Shown here one piece after another: positions 55,873 through 59,776 of a stretch of 59,776 bases of DNA; positions within the stretch are counted from its first letter, which is position 1; the number at the start of each line of letters is the position of its first letter. The stretch comes from Minisyncoccota bacterium (GTDB lineage: Bacteria; Patescibacteriota; Minisyncoccia; UBA6257; HR35), in the NCBI GenBank assembly GCA_937934285.1, contig CALHAT010000026.1, positions 1 to 59,776 of the forward strand, read 5' to 3'. Position numbers and translations under genes: made by a program. The notes below the pieces were generated by a model that was given only the letters and a program-made list of their open reading frames with translations, was not told the DNA's origin and made no database searches.

Positions 55873-56964
55873 ATGTTCTACCATAAATATCGGCCAAAAT
55901 TTTTTCGCGAAGTAGTCGGTCAAGAAATTGTTGTTAAAATTTTACAAAATTTTTTGAAAAGAGACTCAATTCCTCATGGTTATTTGTTTGCTGGCGAAAA
56001 AGGAACGGGCAAAACAAGTGTTGCTCGAATTTATGCTAAAGCTTTAAATTGTTTACATCTTAAAGAAAATGAACCTTGTGGCGAGTGTCTTGTTTGTCGC
56101 TTATTTCAAGAAAATAAATTTTTAGATATCGTTGAAATTGACGCTGCTTCACATCGCAAAATTGATGATATCCGCAATCTTCAAGAACATATTGGTTTTC
56201 GACCCCTTCAGGGGAAATATAAAGTGTTTATTATTGACGAAGCTCACTCCTTAACTGAAGAGGCAGCCAACGCTCTTTTGAAAACATTAGAAGAACCTCC
56301 GACACACGCTATTTTCATTTTAGCAACAACTGAACCAACAAGAATTATCCCTACAATTCTTTCCCGGGTTCAAAGATTAGATTTTCGTCGAATTAGTTTG
56401 CCCAAAATTGTTGCGAAATTAAAATTGATTGCTGAAAATGAGGGTTTCGCTTATGAAGAACCAGCTCTTTATTTAATTGCCGAAGAAGCCGGTGGTTCTT
56501 TGCGAGATGCTGAAACTTTACTTGAAAAAATTGCCCTGAGTTTAAATCCTCATACAATATTAAGCGAGAATCTTGTAGCTGAATTTTTGGGCCATTTGAG
56601 TTTAATTAAAATTTTAGAATTTCTGGAATTAATCAGCAAAAGAAAAATAAATGAATCTTTAAACTTTTTAGAAAAAATTTATGCTCAGGGTTTTGACCTA
56701 AACTTATTTTTGCGCTCTTTGCTCAAAGTAATAAGACAGTTGATGTTTTTAAAAATTCATCCTGAATATGGTAAACATTTAGAAACCGAAAAGCCAGAAG
56801 AAATTATTGACCGAATGAAAAAAATTAACGAGAACTTCTCTCTTGATGATTTAAAAAAATTAAGTTTTCTTCTTTTTGAGGCTGATAGTTATTTAAAAAA
56901 AGAGCCGCCGTCATTACTTTTACCAATTGAACTTGCCTTAATTGAATATTTTGAGGTAAAATAA
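55873..56964 (+). CDS. dnaX: DNA polymerase III gamma/tau subunit (short)
   Basis: GEKGTGKTS Walker A, zinc module CGECLVC, DEAH box (IIDEAHSL) and SRVQRLDF (SRC motif). Confidence 0.9.
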   Translation: MFYHKYRPKFFREVVGQEIVVKILQNFLKRDSIPHGYLFAGEKGTGKTSVARIYAKALNCLHLKENEPCGECLVCRLFQENKFLDIVEIDAASHRKIDDIRNLQEHIGFRPLQGKYKVFIIDEAHSLTEEAANALLKTLEEPPTHAIFILATTEPTRIIPTILSRVQRLDFRRISLPKIVAKLKLIAENEGFAYEEPALYLIAEEAGGSLRDAETLLEKIALSLNPHTILSENLVAEFLGHLSLIKILEFLELISKRKINESLNFLEKIYAQGFDLNLFLRSLLKVIRQLMFLKIHPEYGKHLETEKPEEIIDRMKKINENFSLDDLKKLSFLLFEADSYLKKEPPSLLLPIELALIEYFEVK

Positions 56965-56974
56965 TTATAAAAAT

Positions 56975-57045
56975 TGCGGGGTGGTGTAATGGTAGCACAA
57001 GGGACTTTGAATCCCTTGGTCTTGGTTCGAATCCAAGCCCCGCAG
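56975..57045 (+). tRNA. tRNA-Gln (anticodon UUG)
   Basis: Hand-folded. Acceptor TGCGGGG/CCCCGCA (U1-A72, typical of bacterial tRNA-Gln), anticodon stem AGGGA/TCCCT with loop CTTTGAA, T arm CTTGG-TTCGAAT-CCAAG, discriminator G. Confidence 0.88.
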
Positions 57046-57054
57046 CCTTTTAAG

Positions 57055-57171
57055 ATGACAAAACTAAAACAAAAAAGAATTTCAGGATTTTTAGCCAGAA
57101 AAAGAACCAAGGCAGGCAAAAAAATTTTGCAACGAAGACGAAGAAAAGGAAGATCCCGATTAACTGTTTAA
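57055..57171 (+). CDS. rpmH: 50S ribosomal protein L34
   Basis: MTKLKQKRISGFLARKRTKAGKKILQRRRRKGRSRLTV (38 aa). It is the C-terminal part of the track ORF at 56974-57171, whose upstream part is just tRNA-Gln read-through. Confidence 0.85.
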   Translation: MTKLKQKRISGFLARKRTKAGKKILQRRRRKGRSRLTV

Positions 57172-57500
57172 TGATTAAAAAGAAATTTAAACTTAGCGGT
57201 GAGGATATTAAAAAATTTTTTACGACTCGCTTTAAAAAAATTGAAACTGATGATTTTTTAATCTATTATCAAAGAAATAGTTTAGATTATCCTCGCTTTG
57301 CCGTGATTTGTAAAAAAGAAATTTTCAAAAAAGCAAATTTAAGAAATAAAATTAAAAGAAAAATTTATGCGATAATAAATAAACTCTTAAAAGAAAGTCG
57401 AATTAAATTTTATGATTTTTTAATTTTCCCCCGACATCCCAAAATTACTCCGGAATCGTTCTTAAAAATTTTTCTTAAAAATCAATGTTTGAAATTTTAA
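57171..57500 (+). CDS. rnpA: Ribonuclease P protein component
   Basis: Basic 109-aa protein with ANLRNKIKRKIY (RNR-like motif). It sits in the canonical position between rpmH and yidC. Confidence 0.78.
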   Translation: MIKKKFKLSGEDIKKFFTTRFKKIETDDFLIYYQRNSLDYPRFAVICKKEIFKKANLRNKIKRKIYAIINKLLKESRIKFYDFLIFPRHPKITPESFLKIFLKNQCLKF

Positions 57501-58120
57501 ATCAAGGACTTTTAGGTTTTATCTTTTGGCTTAATAATTTCTTCAATGATATTGGGATTACTATTATTGTTTTTACCTGCATTTTAAAAATTGCTTTAGC
57601 ACCGATAGATTTTTTAGCTTTTTTAGAAGAATTGAAATTGCAAAGAATTCGACCGAAAATCCAAGAGGTTTTTAAAAAATACCGGAATGATTTTCAAAAA
57701 CAAGTTGAAATTTTAAATGAAATTTACAAAAAAGAAAATTATAATCCATTTTTTATAACTTTTATTCAGTTTTTACCTTTGCCAATTCTCTTTTCCGTTT
57801 TTTTTGTTCTTAATAGCCTTTTAGCTAATAAAAATTTAGATTTATTTTTTCTCAAAACAATCGATTTAACACAAAAAAATTATTATTTAATTCTGACTGT
57901 TATTCTTTTCCAGCTTTTAACAATTTTTAATCTTCCCCGCGATCAAAGAAAAGCTGGATTTTTCTTTTTCGGCTTAATTGCTCTCTTTTTAACTCAATTT
58001 CCTGCCTTATTTAATCTTTATTGGTTAGCTAATCTTTTGTTGACTTTTTTAGAAAGAAGTATTTTTCGACTCTATCAAGTAAAATTTGGCATCCAATCGA
58101 TTCCAGAAAATAATTCCTAA
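57485..58120 (+). CDS. yidC: Membrane protein insertase YidC/Oxa1 (short form)
   Basis: ILKIALAPIDF...RIRPKIQEVFKKYRND...EIYKKENYNP pattern, five hydrophobic segments and rpmH-rnpA-yidC synteny. Confidence 0.78.
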   Translation: MFEILNQGLLGFIFWLNNFFNDIGITIIVFTCILKIALAPIDFLAFLEELKLQRIRPKIQEVFKKYRNDFQKQVEILNEIYKKENYNPFFITFIQFLPLPILFSVFFVLNSLLANKNLDLFFLKTIDLTQKNYYLILTVILFQLLTIFNLPRDQRKAGFFFFGLIALFLTQFPALFNLYWLANLLLTFLERSIFRLYQVKFGIQSIPENNS

Positions 58121-59152
58121 AGGTGTTATTTTAGGCTTAACAATATCAAATTTAGATTCCAATCTAATCTCTTTAGTTTTGCCATTTTGAATATTATAAA
58201 TAATTAATTTTTCATCATAAGCTGGTTCTTTCATTAACCATAAATCCGGAGAAAAATTTTCTAAATCTGCCGGAATGGCACAAACTAAAACTTCATCGAA
58301 AGAACATTTTTCTTTAACTGTCCCCCAAGAAAAATTAAACTTAACTTTTTTATCTGGAGTAATAATTTGACTTTGCCAATATTTATCTTTAAAAGTAACA
58401 AAAATTAAATTTTTTTCCTTATTAACTAAAAGAGAATAATTAGGTTTAGCTTCTAAAAATACTGAAAAATTATTAATATTTTTCAAATCTAAAAGAAAGA
58501 CCGGGCTATTTTTTTCATAAATTAATAAAGAGTTTTTTAAAGATTCAAATTTAGGATTTAAAATGCCCAGGTTTCTAATTTTCGTCATTTGACCATCTTT
58601 ATAAAGAGCTAAATAAGAAATATCTTTATTATTGACATAAATAACCAATCCCTGAGGTGTAAAAGCAAAATTTTTAGTAAAAGGAGGAAGTGGGTATAAA
58701 CTATCATTTTTTAAATTCAAAAAATTAAATCCCTCATTTGTCTTAAAAACAATATAGCTCTCATCTGAAGACATAAAAGCTTCTTCAATTAAAGGAGCCC
58801 GATAAATTTCTTTGTAAACTTGATTTTCTAAATCAAAATATTTAATGATACCAGAATTTAAATCATAAACATAAAGTAGGGGGTAAAATAAATCAATATA
58901 AAGATATTCTTCTTTAAAAAGCAAAGGATAAGAAGTGGTTTGCTGGGGAGGTATTTGGATACCGGAAATTGAAGGGAGCTTTGTTTCTCCAGAAGGAGCT
59001 GGAACAATAGGAATAGGCGAAGGTGTTAATTGACCCTCTTCTTGAAAAAAAATTTCTTTTTCTTGCTTTTGTTTATTTTTAAAATAACCTATAAAAACTA
59101 TAGTTGCTATGCTAACTAAAATTAGTATACCTAAAATTAATCTTTTGTTCAT
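58049..59152 (-). CDS. Membrane-anchored hypothetical protein, probably beta-rich or propeller-like
   Basis: N-terminal TM helix, a Pro-rich linker (PSPIPIVPAPSGE), then repetitive beta-strand-like segments. Its 3' end overlaps the yidC 3' end by 72 nt. Confidence 0.55.
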   Translation of the reverse strand: MNKRLILGILILVSIATIVFIGYFKNKQKQEKEIFFQEEGQLTPSPIPIVPAPSGETKLPSISGIQIPPQQTTSYPLLFKEEYLYIDLFYPLLYVYDLNSGIIKYFDLENQVYKEIYRAPLIEEAFMSSDESYIVFKTNEGFNFLNLKNDSLYPLPPFTKNFAFTPQGLVIYVNNKDISYLALYKDGQMTKIRNLGILNPKFESLKNSLLIYEKNSPVFLLDLKNINNFSVFLEAKPNYSLLVNKEKNLIFVTFKDKYWQSQIITPDKKVKFNFSWGTVKEKCSFDEVLVCAIPADLENFSPDLWLMKEPAYDEKLIIYNIQNGKTKEIRLESKFDIVKPKITPLGIIFWNRLDAKFYLIESKNTSF

Positions 59153-59164
59153 TTTTTAATTTTA

Positions 59165-59776
59165 TCAAAATACGGCATGAATATGTGTGCCTGTTGTACC
59201 TGCACAAATAGTCCATATTATCCCACAGTTATCAGGTGGCCATATAGGTTGACAACATCCTTCGCCTGTTTCTGGTTTGCATGACTCCTTAAGTTTTGCT
59301 TGGAGTTCTTGTTCCTTGGGTGTTTTAGGTAGTTTTTCAAGTAAAATGAATTTTGCTCCCGCTAGAGCTAAACAACCACGTAATGTTTCCCAAGGTTGAC
59401 AATCTATACCATTAACTATTATATCAATACATGTGCCGGTCTGTGTGTGACAACGAGATATAGAGGGTCCTTGTCCTCCTGTATAACCGGAAGTAATGGT
59501 AGCTTTTAGGTTGTGTTTGTTTAGACATTTATCAAGTTTTATAAGGTTGTTTACAATAGATTCACGGACAACAACACCGGGTCTCGCTGTAAGGTTCGTG
59601 AAGGTGTAATAATTATAATCGGGGTGATTTTTAATTTCATCAAATTTAATCATATTCTGGGGTACTGGACCACTGTAACCAACATTAGGATCTTCTCCTG
59701 CGTATTCTTCTTTTAAAGTTGGAAATAGGATTTTAATTTGAGGTATTTGCAATTTAATTCCTTTAAAAATCTCGGG
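59165..59776 (-). CDS. Cys-rich LAS-type zinc peptidase-like protein (M15/VanY-Hedgehog fold), 5'-partial
   Basis: SGYTGG...SRCHTQTGTCIDI (SxHxxGxAxD-like) and a C-terminal GTHIHAVF (HxH) fit the M15 zinc ligand pattern. There are 10 Cys. The frame stays open upstream of the track's TTG start to the window edge (PEIFKGIK-LQIPQ...), so the true start is probably outside the window. Confidence 0.45.
   Translation of the reverse strand, partial: PEIFKGIKLQIPQIKILFPTLKEEYAGEDPNVGYSGPVPQNMIKFDEIKNHPDYNYYTFTNLTARPGVVVRESIVNNLIKLDKCLNKHNLKATITSGYTGGQGPSISRCHTQTGTCIDIIVNGIDCQPWETLRGCLALAGAKFILLEKLPKTPKEQELQAKLKESCKPETGEGCCQPIWPPDNCGIIWTICAGTTGTHIHAVF

Noticed and set aside
56974-57054. N-terminal 27 codons of the 65-aa track ORF (MRGGVMVAQGTLNPLV...), and the antisense ORF at 56889-57119
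   Set aside because: This stretch is tRNA-Gln read as protein. Only the last 38 codons (from ATG 57055) form rpmH. The antisense ORF overlaps the dnaX 3' end, the tRNA and rpmH.

Overview
This is a low-GC (roughly 30% by eye), tightly packed, mostly minus-strand bacterial window. Its gene content looks like a reduced-genome, CPR/Patescibacteria-like organism. Standard code 11 applies: TGA is used as a real stop, for example at the ATGA junction between ycaO and the dehydrogenase gene. Most of the window is housekeeping: htrA, a cysteine desulfurase, ftsA, rpsU, hisS, lepB, infB, gatC, mraY, scpB, pth, rnj, rpsL-rpsG-fusA, rpmB, secG, cysS, holA, HU, rny, gpmI, uvrC, rpsT, the operon hsp20-hrcA-grpE-dnaK-J-domain protein, dnaG-rpoD-dnaX, rpmH-rnpA-yidC, and three tRNAs (Thr-GGU, Leu-CAG, Gln-UUG). 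A complete type IV pilus (T4P) assembly operon is present (pilM-N-O-x-pilB-pilT-pilC ... pilD). Three pilin-like genes are fused onto the end of the rpsL-rpsG-fusA (str) operon. The stand-out region is 9.1-16.0 kb. Between pilC and pilD sits a tightly coupled module of amidohydrolase, YcaO and a SagB-type dehydrogenase. It is followed by a separately promoted 159-aa ORF whose acidic tail is Cys/Ser/Gly-rich and built on a 9-bp tandem repeat. Three extracytoplasmic accessory genes come next: a Cys-free C39-like/TPR protein, a TPR protein, and a PKD/poly-Pro/Cys-rich protein. I read this as an azol(in)e-type RiPP-like or protein-modification system wired into a pilus operon, with no recognisable E1-like/Ocin-ThiF partner. 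A second notable pair is a membrane protein plus a soluble TraD/VirD4-like ATPase with a zinc ribbon, overlapping dnaG. I saw no rRNA, CRISPR array, transposase or integrase.
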